Below, piece by piece: positions 1 through 11,527 of a stretch of DNA of 34,652 nucleotides (positions within the stretch are counted from its first letter, which is position 1; each line of letters opens with the position of its first letter). Both the position numbers and the translations under genes were made by a program. The notes below the pieces were generated by a model. The model was not told the DNA's origin and searched no databases. It worked only from the letters and a program-made list of their open reading frames with translations. The stretch is from a virus (Duplodnaviria > Heunggongvirae > Uroviricota > Caudoviricetes). The stretch lies in the IMG/VR virus record IMGVR_UViG_3300045597_000172. One strand, written 5' to 3'.

Positions 1-2070
1 AATTACCTGATTGACTGATCGTACCACCCGCACCGTTAATATTAGTTGCGGCTGACTTAGCAGTTGAAGTAACATCAGCGTCAGCAGAACCCGTAGCAGA
101 AACCATTGCTGATTGATGACTGGCAATACTTGCAATTTCTTCACTGGTCATGCTGTTTGTGTTAATAGCTGAACCAGCTTTTTCAACTCCACCGGCATTA
201 CTGATTGCGGCACTGTTTGAAGCAACCGTATCGGAAATTACCTTATCAGCAGAAGCTGTTTGACTCATGTTAGCATCTTGACTAGCAACCGTCGAAGCAA
301 TCTCACTAGGTGTCATGTTATCAGCCGTATTAAAATTACCTGATTGACTGATCGTACCACCCGCACCGTTAATATTAGTTGCGGCTGACTTAGCAGTTGA
401 AGTAACATCAGCGTCAGCAGAACCCGTAGCAGAAACCATTGCTGATTGATGACTGGCAATGCTTGCAATTTCTTCACTGGTCATACCGTTTGTGTTAATA
501 GCTGAACCAGCTTTTTCAACTCCGCCGGCATTACTGATTGCGGCACTGTTTGAAGCAACCGTATCGGAAATTACCTTATCAGCAGAAGCTGTTTGACTTA
601 TATTGGCATCTTGACTAGCAACATGGGATGCAATTTGACTAGTCGTCATATTATCAGCTGTGTTAACATCACCAGATTGACTGATTGTACCACCATTGCC
701 AGTGATATCAGGTTCAGCCGACTTAGCAGTTGAAGTAACATCTGCATCAGCTGAAGCCGTAGCCGAAATCATTGCTGATTGTGAAGCTTGAATACTTGAG
801 ATTTCAGAAGGCGTCATCGAACTAACATCGATTGCTGATCCCGCCGACATCTTACCACCAGCAGAATCAACTGTTGGTAATGCTGATGTAACTTCTGAAA
901 CCATTGCTGAATCCGCAGAACCAACCGCAGAAACATTATCAGTAGTACTCTTCGCAATACTGTCAATTTCAGAAGATGTCTTACCAGTAACATCCGTTGC
1001 TGATTTTTCAACTAACGAACCGCCAGCATTACTAATGTCCGCAGAATTAGCATCAACCGTAGATTTAATAGCTGAATCAGCAGAACCTGTTGCATTAACA
1101 TTATCAACCTGACTCTTAGCAACTGAAGCAACTTCACTAGCTGTCATATCGTCAGCAGTATTAACATCGCCAGAATGACTAATCGTACCACCAGCATTAC
1201 TAATCACATCACTGTTAGACTTAACAGCACTCGTAATGTCTTTATCCCCACTAGCTGTTGCTGAAACCATTTCAGCTTGCTCACTAGCCAAACTTGCGAT
1301 TTCCTCACTGGTCATACTTGAAGTATCAATTGCTGATCCGGGCTTTAAAACACCAGACGCATTTGATACATCAGAAGCTGCCGCAGAAACTGCATCTGAA
1401 ACCTTAGCATCGGCTGAAGCAGTCTGACTAATGTTATTAACCTGTGAATCAACACTTGATGAAACATCAGATTTTGTCATGTTGTCAGCAGTATTAATTG
1501 CTGAACCCTTACTTAATGATCCACCAGCCGCATCAATAGCACTTGTATAAGTATTAGACGCTGACATAATAGCTGAATCAGCAGAACCAGTAGCGTCAAT
1601 CATTTCAGCCGCTTTTGAAGCAGATTCAGAAATTTCTTCACTGGTCATACTTGAAGTGTCAACTGCTGATCCGGGTTTCAATACACCGCCGGCCTGAGAA
1701 ACAACATCAGAATTATTAACAACCGCATCTGAAACAGTCTTATTAGCAGAACCCGTTTCAGAAATGTTGTTAACTTGACTTTTAGCAAATGAATCAATTT
1801 CTTCAGATGTATTACTAGAAACATCCGATGCAGATTTAGCAGTAATTGAACCGCCAACTGCTGACGTTACTGAACTTGCACTGCTAACAGCCTGATTAAT
1901 TGCAGAATCAGCTGAAGCTGTTTCAGAAATATTATTAACTTGACTTTGACCAGCAGATGCAACTGATTGTGCTGTCGAACTAGCCGTAGCACTATGAACC
2001 GGAACAGTTTCCGTACTTTGCTGATTAACCGTACCACCAGCATCTTCAACATCATTATGTGAAGCCGTAA
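1..2070 (-). repeat. Intragenic tandem repeat array, about 12 units of 165/168 bp (55/56 aa), with a 333-bp higher-order period
   Basis: The T(A/G)SAD-type motif recurs at about 81, 246, 414, 579, 747, 912, 1077, 1245, 1410, 1578, 1743 and 1908. Positions 1-~280 are nearly identical to 334-~613. Confidence 0.9.
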
Positions 2071-2455
2071 CAGCACTTGCTGTTGCAGTATTTACCGAAT
2101 TAACTGTTGAAGTCGCAGAAGTCGTGTTACTTGGTGTTGTTGGAGCTAACACCGAAGAAGATCCCTCTACTTTAGACGTTGCAGTTGAATTCGACACTGA
2201 AGCAGTTGTGTTAGCAGTAGACGCCGCACTGCTTGTATTACTCGTAGCAGCAGAAGTATTAGCATCATTAGTAGAAGTAGTTTGTACTGTATCAGCATGA
2301 GCTGTAGTTCCATTCATTCCCCCACCAATTACTGCGGCCCCCATAGCCAAAGTTCCAAGACCAACAACTTTCCATTTACCGTTTGCCTTAATTAACTTCT
2401 TACGTTCAACGGTGTTTGTCTTAGAATCGAGTAATTTGGTATTGTTCTTACTCAT
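1..2455 (-). CDS. Large secreted Ser/Ala/Thr-rich repeat surface protein with KxYKxGKxW-like signal peptide (3' end outside window)
   Basis: Not in the ORF track because there is no stop in the window. ATG at 2455 with RBS AGAGGAG. Translation MSKNNTKLLDSKTNTVERKKLIKANGKWKVVGLGTLAMGAAVIGGGMNGTTAHA-DT gives a KxxKxxGKW motif, hydrophobic core and AHA cleavage site, then an S/T/A linker and tandem ~55-aa repeats. Confidence 0.9.
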   Translation of the reverse strand, partial: MSKNNTKLLDSKTNTVERKKLIKANGKWKVVGLGTLAMGAAVIGGGMNGTTAHADTVQTTSTNDANTSAATSNTSSAASTANTTASVSNSTATSKVEGSSSVLAPTTPSNTTSATSTVNSVNTATASAVTASHNDVEDAGGTVNQQSTETVPVHSATASSTAQSVASAGQSQVNNISETASADSAINQAVSSASSVTSAVGGSITAKSASDVSSNTSEEIDSFAKSQVNNISETGSANKTVSDAVVNNSDVVSQAGGVLKPGSAVDTSSMTSEEISESASKAAEMIDATGSADSAIMSASNTYTSAIDAAGGSLSKGSAINTADNMTKSDVSSSVDSQVNNISQTASADAKVSDAVSAAASDVSNASGVLKPGSAIDTSSMTSEEIASLASEQAEMVSATASGDKDITSAVKSNSDVISNAGGTISHSGDVNTADDMTASEVASVAKSQVDNVNATGSADSAIKSTVDANSADISNAGGSLVEKSATDVTGKTSSEIDSIAKSTTDNVSAVGSADSAMVSEVTSALPTVDSAGGKMSAGSAIDVSSMTPSEISSIQASQSAMISATASADADVTSTAKSAEPDITGNGGTISQSGDVNTADNMTTSQIASHVASQDANISQTASADKVISDTVASNSAAISNAGGVEKAGSAINTNGMTSEEIASIASHQSAMVSATGSADADVTSTAKSAATNINGAGGTISQSGNFNTADNMTPSEIASTVASQDANMSQTASADKVISDTVASNSAAISNAGGVEKAGSAINTNSMTSEEIASIASHQSAMVSATGSADADVTSTAKSAATNINGAGGTISQSGN

Positions 2456-2693
2456 AAAACGTATCACTCCTCTTTATTTTTAAAATCAAACAAGTTTGAT
2501 CGAAAAAAAATTTAAACGAAAAAATTAGTGGATGAACACAGCATTAATTCGTTCAGTTAACATTGTAGCAGACCTTTTCAAAAAAGTATATGAAAATCAT
2601 CATAATTTGGTCACATTTGATAGAAAAAGCCAAATGCGTCGTCTACAATCCTTTAAATGAACCAGATTTTACAAAATTGGAGCAAAAAGGAAA

Positions 2694-2730
2694 CAAAAAA
2701 AATAGAATTACGCCAAAACGCAATTCTATT
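2694..2730 (-). terminator. Intrinsic terminator after the muramidase gene
   Basis: Stem AATAGAATT.CG / CG.AATTCTATT followed by a T run on the minus strand, just downstream of the stop at 2758. Confidence 0.7.
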
Positions 2731-2757
2731 GGTAATAAAAGACTTATAAACAATTCA

Positions 2758-5166
2758 TTATTTCACGCGCAAAACTTCTCCAACCGTTATCAAATTAGCA
2801 TTACGAATTCCATTCAATGATTGTAACTTAGCAGTTGTCGTTCCATAACGATAAGCAATTACCGACAAACTGTCACCACTACGAACCGTATAATAAGTCT
2901 TTGACGAATTTGATGATGTCGTATTTGGTGAAGTAGTAGACGTCGAACCCGAAATTACCAGTTTCTGTCCCACACTGATCAGGTTAGCATTCTTGATATT
3001 ATTCGTTGATTGCAACTTAGCAGTTGTTGTCCCATACTTAGCGGCAATTCCAGACAAAGTATCCCCACTTTTTACAGTATAAGTAACTGTGTTGGATGAA
3101 GTATTTGATTTTGTAGTTGAACTACTCCCAGAATTATTAGTCGTATTTGACGATGTATTAGTCTTAGCGGTAGTCGAACCTGAAACCGTCGTTGTTTTAG
3201 TACCGACTTTAAGAACTTGTCCAACACTAATCAAATTAGCGTTCTTAATTCCATTCCATGACTGCAATTGAGAAACTGTCGTACCGTAATTCTGAGCGAT
3301 TGTCGATAAATTATCCCCACTCTTAACCGTGTATGTCACGTTTGAAGTCGTAGTTGTTGGTGCAGTAGAAACAGTTGTCGTCGTTGTCTTAGTACCAACT
3401 TTAAGAACCTGTCCAACATTGATCAAGTTAGCATTACGAATACCATTCCACGATTGCAATTGCGAAACAGTCGTACCATAACGTTGTGCAATTGTTGAGA
3501 GATTATCACCGCTCTTAACCGTGTAAGTTACATTTGTAGTTGTAGTAACCGTTGTCGTAGTCGCAGTTTTATTCCCCGTATTACTTGTAGTCGTATTGGC
3601 AGTTGTGTTACCAGAACCAGTTGTTGTGGTAGTTGTAGTAGTCGAACCAGTCGTGTTTGTTGTCGTACCTGTATCTGCACTAACTAATGTATTTGTACCC
3701 GCGCTATCTTCTAAGAATCCAGAATAATCAATCGAAACATCCAAATTACCTGAATAGTATCCAGCTGGTAACTTAGCCGTTGATGCATCTTGCCAAGCAC
3801 CATACGATGTATTTCGTAAACTAGATGACGATGGTGAATACAAATATTGTGCGATCCAAGTTTTAGAAGATCCAACCGTAGCTGAAACCGCATCACGCTC
3901 AGTATAATAAAGACCCGTATATACGCCATGATTTGTATATCCTGCATTAGTCAAGACTTTCCAAAAATCATTTAAGTAAGTACCCTCATCTGAAACTTTC
4001 GTTGCATCAGCTTCCATATCAGCAATGATTAAAGTTTTTGTATTAACCCGGCTTGCTTTCAGAACACTTGCAAAATAAGTTCCCTCAGCAGTAGCCGTAG
4101 TCGCATTACCAAATTGAGCAAAATGATAAATATCAACATTCAAGCCGGCCGCATTTGCATACTTAACTTCCTGTAAGAAATATGGATTTGTATATGATGT
4201 ACCTTCAGTAGCCTTAACGATAATCGTTTTAACACCCAACGCCTTTAACTTATTAAAGTCATTTTGCGTCATTTCACCTTGATAAGAAGAAACATCTACT
4301 GCATCAACACGAGGACGACTCGTATCACCAATCGTCCAAGAATCAATCGATGGTGTTGCCAATAACGCTTGATAAGTTACAACATTCGGAACTACTGTCG
4401 CAACGGTACTCTTAGCACTAACTACAACATCTGTTGAAGTTGCACTACTTGTATTAGTAGACGTTGCCGCTACCGAACTGTTAGCCGTACTTGATGTATT
4501 TTCACTAGCTGCAACTGAACTAGCAACTGATGAACTTGCCGTACTTGCACTAGTAGAAGTCGTAGCACTCGCTGTACTTGAAACAGCCGTAGATCCTTGA
4601 CTAGACGCCACCGAACTATTAACAACACTAACGGCACTCGAAACTTTTGCAGTTGAAGAAACATCACTAGCTACATTCGAACTAGCTACATTCGAAGTTG
4701 TTTCAGAACTAGCCTTAGCTGCACTAGACGTTGCCGTAGAAGCATTCGTTACCGCACTGCTACTAGCAGTAGCACTTGATGAAACAGCACTTGAACTGCT
4801 CGAACTAGCACTATCGTTCGTAGAACTAACTGCACTAGCCGAATCCTGCTTAGTTGTCGTAGCATCACTACTCGTCGAAGTTGCAGCCGTACTTACCGCA
4901 CTCGAACTCGCACTAGCAGAACTTGCTTTTGACGAAGCACTACTTGAACTAGCACTCTCTGCTGAGCTACTAGAGCTAGAATTTGAACTTGAAGAACTTG
5001 ATGCACTAGAAGAAACTACACTTGACAAAGTCGAATCGGCTTTAACAGTATCAGCATGTACATTCATTACTGAATTAGTACCTAAAATTGCAGTTGCAAA
5101 CAATAATGATGCTAGAACCCCCACTGGTTTTGAAACCAAATTACTATTAGATTTACTAGAATTCAT
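2758..5166 (-). CDS. GH25 muramidase with four LysM domains (cell wall hydrolase, VirB1-like role likely)
   Basis: Signal peptide ending VHA-DT and a long Ser-rich linker. GH25 motifs DVSSYQG, IVKATEG, YHFA, IADME. Four YTV(K/R)SGDxLSxIAxxYGTT...N.I.NANLI.VG..L LysM repeats. Confidence 0.95.
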   Translation of the reverse strand: MNSSKSNSNLVSKPVGVLASLLFATAILGTNSVMNVHADTVKADSTLSSVVSSSASSSSSSNSSSSSSAESASSSSASSKASSASASSSAVSTAATSTSSDATTTKQDSASAVSSTNDSASSSSSSAVSSSATASSSAVTNASTATSSAAKASSETTSNVASSNVASDVSSTAKVSSAVSVVNSSVASSQGSTAVSSTASATTSTSASTASSSVASSVAASENTSSTANSSVAATSTNTSSATSTDVVVSAKSTVATVVPNVVTYQALLATPSIDSWTIGDTSRPRVDAVDVSSYQGEMTQNDFNKLKALGVKTIIVKATEGTSYTNPYFLQEVKYANAAGLNVDIYHFAQFGNATTATAEGTYFASVLKASRVNTKTLIIADMEADATKVSDEGTYLNDFWKVLTNAGYTNHGVYTGLYYTERDAVSATVGSSKTWIAQYLYSPSSSSLRNTSYGAWQDASTAKLPAGYYSGNLDVSIDYSGFLEDSAGTNTLVSADTGTTTNTTGSTTTTTTTTGSGNTTANTTTSNTGNKTATTTTVTTTTNVTYTVKSGDNLSTIAQRYGTTVSQLQSWNGIRNANLINVGQVLKVGTKTTTTTVSTAPTTTTSNVTYTVKSGDNLSTIAQNYGTTVSQLQSWNGIKNANLISVGQVLKVGTKTTTVSGSTTAKTNTSSNTTNNSGSSSTTKSNTSSNTVTYTVKSGDTLSGIAAKYGTTTAKLQSTNNIKNANLISVGQKLVISGSTSTTSPNTTSSNSSKTYYTVRSGDSLSVIAYRYGTTTAKLQSLNGIRNANLITVGEVLRVK

Positions 5167-5266
5167 AACTAAAAATCATATCCTTTCTTACCCATAAAAA
5201 TATAAATAATCGATATTACACTCATAATTATACGCCTAAAATCAAAAAATTGTAACATAAATTGCA

Positions 5267-5300
5267 AAAAAAAGAAGTTATGACATAACATCATAACTTC
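5267..5300 (-). terminator. Intrinsic terminator after the VirB6-like gene
   Basis: GAAGTTATGA-loop-TCATAACTTC followed by a T run on the minus strand. Confidence 0.8.
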
Positions 5301-5306
5301 AATTTA

Positions 5307-8300
5307 TTAAATTCCGATCGTCCGTCCAGTATCATTTCCCAAATGCGCTACCGAATTTGATTTAGAACTAGCTTGAGGTTTCCAAGTACCGTTCATCAAA
5401 TTAGAAGTGCTTTCCGAAATTGCGTTATGCGCTGAACTAACCGCCTTAGTATCATTAACGACCTTAGACGACAAGCCAGACTTAACGGCACTTTGCCGTG
5501 CAGTATCAAGATGAGAAGCTGCATTTTTAGCTTGTACCGAATCAGAACCATAACGAGACGTTGCCGAACTCAAATCATTCTGTGCATTATAAACAGAATT
5601 CATCGCATTGTCAGCCGTACCAACCGAAATTGATTTTCCATTCGTGCCACTACTCAACCATTGCGATTGCGGAGATCCACTCGAAACAGCTTGCTGCTTG
5701 TAATCACTCAATGCATTTGACTGCAAAGAACTCAAGTTGTTATTAGCTGTTTGCGCACGTTGACTCAACGTTTGATTATTTGGATTAGCAGATGCTAACG
5801 AATTAGCATTATTCGCCGTAGCAGTCGCATTTTGAATATCACCCATTTGTGACTGAACATTTTGCGCTGACATATCACTATTAACCGGAACATTAGTTGA
5901 TAAATCATTTGAAGTCGATTGACCAAGGCTCTGCGAATTATTAGAATCTCCAATCGAAGACCCTAACTGCGTAGCACGTGCGTTTTGAGTTTCATCACCA
6001 TTTCGATTATCACCCAAACTATTGCTCTGACTACTATCGCCTAATGCATTATTAGCAGTTGAACTCGAATCACCTAGCGTTGCACCGTTGTTAGAATCAC
6101 CAATTGAATTTTCAGCATTACTATCACCTAACGTTGCTCCATTAGTATTTGAATCACCCAACGAATTATTAGTGTTTGTGTCACCAGACAAACCGTTTTG
6201 ATCGCCCGTTCCATTTTGGCCAACACCCAATTCATCGGCTAAATGATCTTGTTGCATTGACGAATCAGCAATTGCCGCACTAGTTGTCGCAGCATTATCA
6301 CGATCTGCTAAGCCATTCGAATCTTGTCCAATGCCATCACTTGCCGAGCTACCCAAGTCATTTGCATTCACATCTGAACCAAGACTGTTCATATCACCAT
6401 TTTCATTAAGCTCATCACCAGCATTCTGCGAAGCCTGAGTCGTATCGTCCGAATTTTGATCCAAATTGTTTTCATTTGAATTCTGGTCTTCCAAACCATT
6501 CTTAGTCAAACCGTTTTGGTCTGTATCACCCTGATCATTTTGTGTCAAGTTGTTCTGATCTTGGTTTAACCCATTTTCATCACCATCTTGATTTGTTAAA
6601 TCATTAGCATCAGAATTCGTTAATTGATCTTGGTTAGCCTCAGTTAATTCATCATTCTTACCAATTGAATTCAAATCGCCAGCATTTTGATTAGAATCTG
6701 TTGGTGAATAACTTGTATTCTGCAAACCATTTTGATTCTGATCCTTTGCTTGTTCTTTAGAAGCATCCGTCAAACCATTGCCATTTGCAGTTTTTTCAGG
6801 ATTCTGCAAGTTATTGTTACGATTATTATCAGACTTATTAGCAGCATTTTGACTCTTGTTATTATTGTTAGTCAAAGCAGAAGTACCCGTGTTAGTACGA
6901 GATGCCGCATTACCAAGCTTGTTAGCACTCGAATTTGAATTTTGACGTGAATTGTTATTCTTTTCTTTCTCTGATTCCTTACCAGTTTCTTTATTTGCAC
7001 TCGTACTTCCTAACGAACCAGCACCTTTAGCTAACGAACTCAAACCGGTTGTACCACCAGCTAACAAAGCACCCATACCAGCCGTTTTAGCTAAACCAGC
7101 CGCATTATTAGCCCAAGTATTGTCGGTATTAGAGTTCTGCATCACAGCACCACGCGTACCAGAAGAACCTTGTCCTGATAAATTACCGAAGGTTGCCATA
7201 ATCTTGTTTACAGTTTCTTCAACCAAACTTGACATTGAAGCAACCATTACCCCACGATATCGCAATAATAAGTAAGCTAACCACAACAAGAACACACCAT
7301 ATGCAATGTTTGCAGCTCCTTGAATTGTCGTTAATGAAGCACCCGATGCCAAACGACCAACCGAAGTATCACCTTGCATACTAATCAAATTAACAAATCC
7401 ACTTGTGATTCGACCACTGATTAAAGAATCTGAATACTCCGCTACCGAAATATACGCAAGTTGAGCAATTAAGTACATTACTGCGGATCCAAAAACACCA
7501 ATGAACAATCCAGCTAGAACTGAAATAAATTGAACACCGCCCTTTAAACTCATCAAAGCGGTCTGGAATGTTGCCATCGTAATTGCTGGAATTGATTGAA
7601 TGATTGTCTTCAAAACTTCTAACAAATAACCAACTACCAACAACGCCAATCCAACCATCATCCCAAATGCCCAAACCAGATTACCAGTCGAAACAATCCC
7701 GGTACCAACTAAAACCGTCGCACGATGTTCAGGTTGCGCAACATCATTTGAAAGATTTTCAGTATCCGCAATTGTCATCTTATCATCCGAAGCAGTTGTT
7801 AACATATAAGCATAAGTACCTAACGTTGATAAACCACCAGATGTATCAGTACCATCCATCGTGTTAGAATTTGGACGGAAAGTTGTACCGGTAATAATCG
7901 CAGAATTATTAGCCGAATTAACCCGATTAGTACTGTAATAATTATACTTACCTTTAACTAATTCCGCCGATAAATCAGATGCTCCGTTTGAATCTTTACT
8001 ATTAGCAGCTTTCGCAGCTTTTCTAATTGCCGGATCAGCCGCACTTGCATAATCAGCAGCCGTAATTGACGAACCGGATGTCCAAGACTTCAAAACAGAC
8101 TTCGCATAATCATCAACACTTGTATTACCAGAACTATTAGAATTTGATAACGCATCACCATTATTAGAAACAGTATTATACAAACTGCTTAATCCATTAA
8201 TTCCGGCACCCTTGTAATTAATTGATAAAATCTGACTATGCGTTAACGGGATAGCTTTTTTATTATCAAATGAAGAATTCAATGTTACATCACTTGGTAA

Positions 8301-9368
8301 ACCTAAACGTGAATTCATAACCCAGTTATTATAATCGACATACGCACCATACACCGCATAATTTGGTACTGAATTACTTTGTGTCTCAAACGCATCCTTA
8401 ACATTATCAACCGTTGCACCGAAGAATGCTAAACCAAAGACTGGTAAAACTGTCCAAACAAACAAACGTTTTAATAAATTTGCAAAGACGTTAAGTAACG
8501 CACGTCCCGGACCAATGTGAGCAGTACCGGTACCAATCGTCACGCCCATTGCCGCTAACGCAATTGACACGGCTAAAATAATACCGCAAATTGCCCAGCC
8601 AACACCTTTCATCAACTGATAAAGTTGGTAAACAGCATTCGCTAAACCAGAAAAGACAGCATTTGAAGAACCTGCTCCATATAATGCCCAGTTAATCGGA
8701 TTAATTGCTGAAAGAATTGATAATGCAATCTTAAATAATGATTCCGCAGAATCAAGCACAAAGTAAGACAACTGCATTACCCAACCGCCAACTTTGTCAA
8801 TTACACCAACACTCGTAAAACCAGACTTAACTGGTTGATCTAATCCAGTTGACTGTAATGCGTATGCAAATCGGCCAGCAACTTTATAAGCATCCCCGCT
8901 ACCAGAACCGGCACCTCCAATTAAAGAATTATAAGAAACTGTCCATGACGAATTGTTATTCTTTTCCCAGACATCAGTATTACCATTCCCCATAAATCCC
9001 CAAACGTTTAAATAATCGCCACCGGAAATTGCAGTTTTGATTGTTGCCTGATCTTTCTTACTCGAACTATCAGTATCACTTGAAGATGACTTATTCGTAC
9101 TTACTGCGGACTCACTTAGTTGTGATAAAGCTGTATTCCAAGCCGACGCGTCGTCAGACGTCGAACTAGAGCTACTACTTGAATCATCACTACTGCTACT
9201 CGATGACGAATCAGTAGTATCAGCATGAACTGTCGTAACTGCACCCGGAACAACACTCTGAATCGCAAAAGTAGAAGCAGCCACACAAACTGTTACTAAC
9301 GGCATCAATAACAGCCACAATAAAGCTAAATGTCGGAATTTTCGTGTTTTTGTACTCGTATCAATCAC
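5307..9368 (-). CDS. Large polytopic membrane protein, VirB6/TcpH-like conjugation channel component with a long N/Q/S/D-rich C-terminal tail
   Basis: GTG start with AAAGGAG RBS. Two clusters of hydrophobic helices are separated by a large soluble loop and followed by ~600 aa of low-complexity tail. It lies between a VirB4-like gene and a cell wall hydrolase, the usual Gram-positive T4SS order. The family call rests on topology and context. Confidence 0.7.
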   Translation of the reverse strand: MIDTSTKTRKFRHLALLWLLLMPLVTVCVAASTFAIQSVVPGAVTTVHADTTDSSSSSSSDDSSSSSSSTSDDASAWNTALSQLSESAVSTNKSSSSDTDSSSKKDQATIKTAISGGDYLNVWGFMGNGNTDVWEKNNNSSWTVSYNSLIGGAGSGSGDAYKVAGRFAYALQSTGLDQPVKSGFTSVGVIDKVGGWVMQLSYFVLDSAESLFKIALSILSAINPINWALYGAGSSNAVFSGLANAVYQLYQLMKGVGWAICGIILAVSIALAAMGVTIGTGTAHIGPGRALLNVFANLLKRLFVWTVLPVFGLAFFGATVDNVKDAFETQSNSVPNYAVYGAYVDYNNWVMNSRLGLPSDVTLNSSFDNKKAIPLTHSQILSINYKGAGINGLSSLYNTVSNNGDALSNSNSSGNTSVDDYAKSVLKSWTSGSSITAADYASAADPAIRKAAKAANSKDSNGASDLSAELVKGKYNYYSTNRVNSANNSAIITGTTFRPNSNTMDGTDTSGGLSTLGTYAYMLTTASDDKMTIADTENLSNDVAQPEHRATVLVGTGIVSTGNLVWAFGMMVGLALLVVGYLLEVLKTIIQSIPAITMATFQTALMSLKGGVQFISVLAGLFIGVFGSAVMYLIAQLAYISVAEYSDSLISGRITSGFVNLISMQGDTSVGRLASGASLTTIQGAANIAYGVFLLWLAYLLLRYRGVMVASMSSLVEETVNKIMATFGNLSGQGSSGTRGAVMQNSNTDNTWANNAAGLAKTAGMGALLAGGTTGLSSLAKGAGSLGSTSANKETGKESEKEKNNNSRQNSNSSANKLGNAASRTNTGTSALTNNNNKSQNAANKSDNNRNNNLQNPEKTANGNGLTDASKEQAKDQNQNGLQNTSYSPTDSNQNAGDLNSIGKNDELTEANQDQLTNSDANDLTNQDGDENGLNQDQNNLTQNDQGDTDQNGLTKNGLEDQNSNENNLDQNSDDTTQASQNAGDELNENGDMNSLGSDVNANDLGSSASDGIGQDSNGLADRDNAATTSAAIADSSMQQDHLADELGVGQNGTGDQNGLSGDTNTNNSLGDSNTNGATLGDSNAENSIGDSNNGATLGDSSSTANNALGDSSQSNSLGDNRNGDETQNARATQLGSSIGDSNNSQSLGQSTSNDLSTNVPVNSDMSAQNVQSQMGDIQNATATANNANSLASANPNNQTLSQRAQTANNNLSSLQSNALSDYKQQAVSSGSPQSQWLSSGTNGKSISVGTADNAMNSVYNAQNDLSSATSRYGSDSVQAKNAASHLDTARQSAVKSGLSSKVVNDTKAVSSAHNAISESTSNLMNGTWKPQASSKSNSVAHLGNDTGRTIGI

Positions 9369-9390
9369 ACCGTTCGCTCCTTTCCTTTAC

Positions 9391-11433
9391 TTATTTATCA
9401 GCACTAGACATTAAGGATCCTTTAGGATGTTCACTTAATAAATCGCCGTGCCGTGTTCCCATATTCATATCAAGCGCAAACAACACGTTATCAATTCCGC
9501 GTGACAAATAATAAATACTATCACCATACTGAGAACCACCATAATCAATAATAGCAGATATCAAACCCTGCGGTAAGTTTTGCTGAATCAACTTTTGATA
9601 TTTAGCAATAACAGGTTTATTAAAACCGCCAAGCATCGTCCAATCAGCAAAATCCAGTTTATTAAATGCAGCATCGTCTAAACATTTATCGGGACTATCA
9701 TATAAGAAAACTAATCGTACTCCGCGTTGCGTCAATTCATCAAACAAATCGGATGTGTATGTTTTAACCGAATCAGACAACTGATCAACCCCGTGTAAAA
9801 TTACGACATCCCGTTCATCTAACGTATCAGTTGCATAACGAACAGCATTTAAAAATTGCGCCATTGCAATACCAACTCCACGTTTTCGTAAACTAGAAAA
9901 ATCATAAACCACTTGCGGTGACTGACTAGCCGAATCAACATCATCATTCGTGACAACATTAAATAAATCCCCATTATCACGTAACATCATATTAAATGCT
10001 GATCTGACACGCTCAATTCGTTCTACTAATCGTTGATTATTCTGTTCACTAGCAGCATCCATTGCTTGGTTTAAATAAGCCACAAACTTGTCTAACTTTG
10101 GATACTGAAAATGAGGTAAACCGACAAGCTTTAACTTTTCAGCATTTTCTTTAGGATTATCAACCAACATATCTTCATCTTTATAATACTGCTGAATAAT
10201 ATTGGTAAATACATCATTCAAATCAACATCATCAACCGATGGCGAAATCTGCTTAATCATCAACTGTAATTTCTGGGCATGCGTTGGAAAGTATGAGTAT
10301 TGACGACTCTTACGTGTATCAGTTCCAAATAACTCAAATGGATTAATCGCACCCTCATGTTCACCACCATTTAACGAAACAACTGTTGTAATATCACTCA
10401 AATCAGCACCAAGATTTTGTGGTTTCGCACCATTCAAAACTAAATGAATAACCCGATGATTATTAATTAACGCAGATTGTGCCAAACGAACACCTAACAA
10501 TGTTGTTGCACGCGTACCAACATCAAATTCATTTGCAGTAACATGTAACATTGTCGGTTTCGCTGAATGTGCCAAAACAATCCGTGTATCATAATTGTCC
10601 AAATCCATTAACACCGCAGTATTATTTACATCACCAACCATTTGACCAATATAGTCACCATTTGGATCAGTAATGCCACGCGTTAAGACTTCATAACCAC
10701 CTGCATATTCTGAACTTGTCGCCATTGGATGATTTCCCAATTGAACATCCGCTGTTTTAAGTAAATTCTGGAAATCATTGAATTGTTGGCCCTCATAAAC
10801 TTCAAAATGTAAGCCATCAAAATGCGTTGAAATCCACTGAGAATAACGAAAAATAGCAACATCTAAATCATGCAACGAACGTGCTGTAATCAATATTTTA
10901 TACTCAGTCGAGCCATACATATCACCATCTGCTAAATCATTAGCAATGATCTGATTATCATTCTTACGGGTACCAACCTTACGTTGCTGCGCATTACCTG
11001 CCGCCGTATCACCTTCCATCGAAGTCGATGAATCAGCTTTACCTTGTTTGTCAGAAGTCCATGATTTTGATTTGTTCTCTAACATATCAAAAAATTGTCC
11101 GTGAGCACCAAAGACCGCAGTTGGACTTTTTTCACCATCCCGATCATTTAAAATATATGATTGTGGAATTAATAAAATCTTCCAAAAGGGCGTCAGTGCA
11201 CGGTCGGCTTGATCAGACTCAACCAACGTCAAAATCCGGCCGTATCTGGAACCATATCGAAAATAATTTGAATAAAATCGATAACCACCACGAGAAACAA
11301 CATCACGTAAATCATTGTCACGAACAAATAAATGTTTGTCACGTTCCTTTTGTTCACGCTTTAAACGTTTGCGCGTTGCCGCATCCATTTTTGCTGTTTG
11401 ATCATGATCGTTATTACGATGAAATAACGCCAT
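9391..11433 (-). CDS. VirB4-like conjugation protein with degenerate Walker motifs
   Basis: VirB4-type landmarks occur in order: DPNGDYIG...VLMD, RVIHL, INPFE, VVYDFSSL, VVILHGVDQL, RGVRLVF. There is no GxxGxGK(S/T) and no hhhhDE. Operon context supports the call. Confidence 0.7.
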   Translation of the reverse strand: MALFHRNNDHDQTAKMDAATRKRLKREQKERDKHLFVRDNDLRDVVSRGGYRFYSNYFRYGSRYGRILTLVESDQADRALTPFWKILLIPQSYILNDRDGEKSPTAVFGAHGQFFDMLENKSKSWTSDKQGKADSSTSMEGDTAAGNAQQRKVGTRKNDNQIIANDLADGDMYGSTEYKILITARSLHDLDVAIFRYSQWISTHFDGLHFEVYEGQQFNDFQNLLKTADVQLGNHPMATSSEYAGGYEVLTRGITDPNGDYIGQMVGDVNNTAVLMDLDNYDTRIVLAHSAKPTMLHVTANEFDVGTRATTLLGVRLAQSALINNHRVIHLVLNGAKPQNLGADLSDITTVVSLNGGEHEGAINPFELFGTDTRKSRQYSYFPTHAQKLQLMIKQISPSVDDVDLNDVFTNIIQQYYKDEDMLVDNPKENAEKLKLVGLPHFQYPKLDKFVAYLNQAMDAASEQNNQRLVERIERVRSAFNMMLRDNGDLFNVVTNDDVDSASQSPQVVYDFSSLRKRGVGIAMAQFLNAVRYATDTLDERDVVILHGVDQLSDSVKTYTSDLFDELTQRGVRLVFLYDSPDKCLDDAAFNKLDFADWTMLGGFNKPVIAKYQKLIQQNLPQGLISAIIDYGGSQYGDSIYYLSRGIDNVLFALDMNMGTRHGDLLSEHPKGSLMSSADK

Positions 11434-11501
11434 TGAAAATCACCTACTCTTTTTATATTAGCTAATAACATTGCAGTCTAATTGTACCATACTATCACAA
11501 C

Positions 11502-11527
11502 AAAAAAAGCCCCGATCCTATCGGGGC
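11502..11527 (-). terminator. Intrinsic terminator between the PrgI/TcpE-like and VirB4-like genes
   Basis: GCCCCGA-TAGGA-TCGGGGC followed by 7 T on the minus strand. Confidence 0.8.

Noticed and set aside
1-2070. CRISPR array or non-coding repeat
   Set aside because: Periods are multiples of 3 within one open frame and there are no unique spacers.
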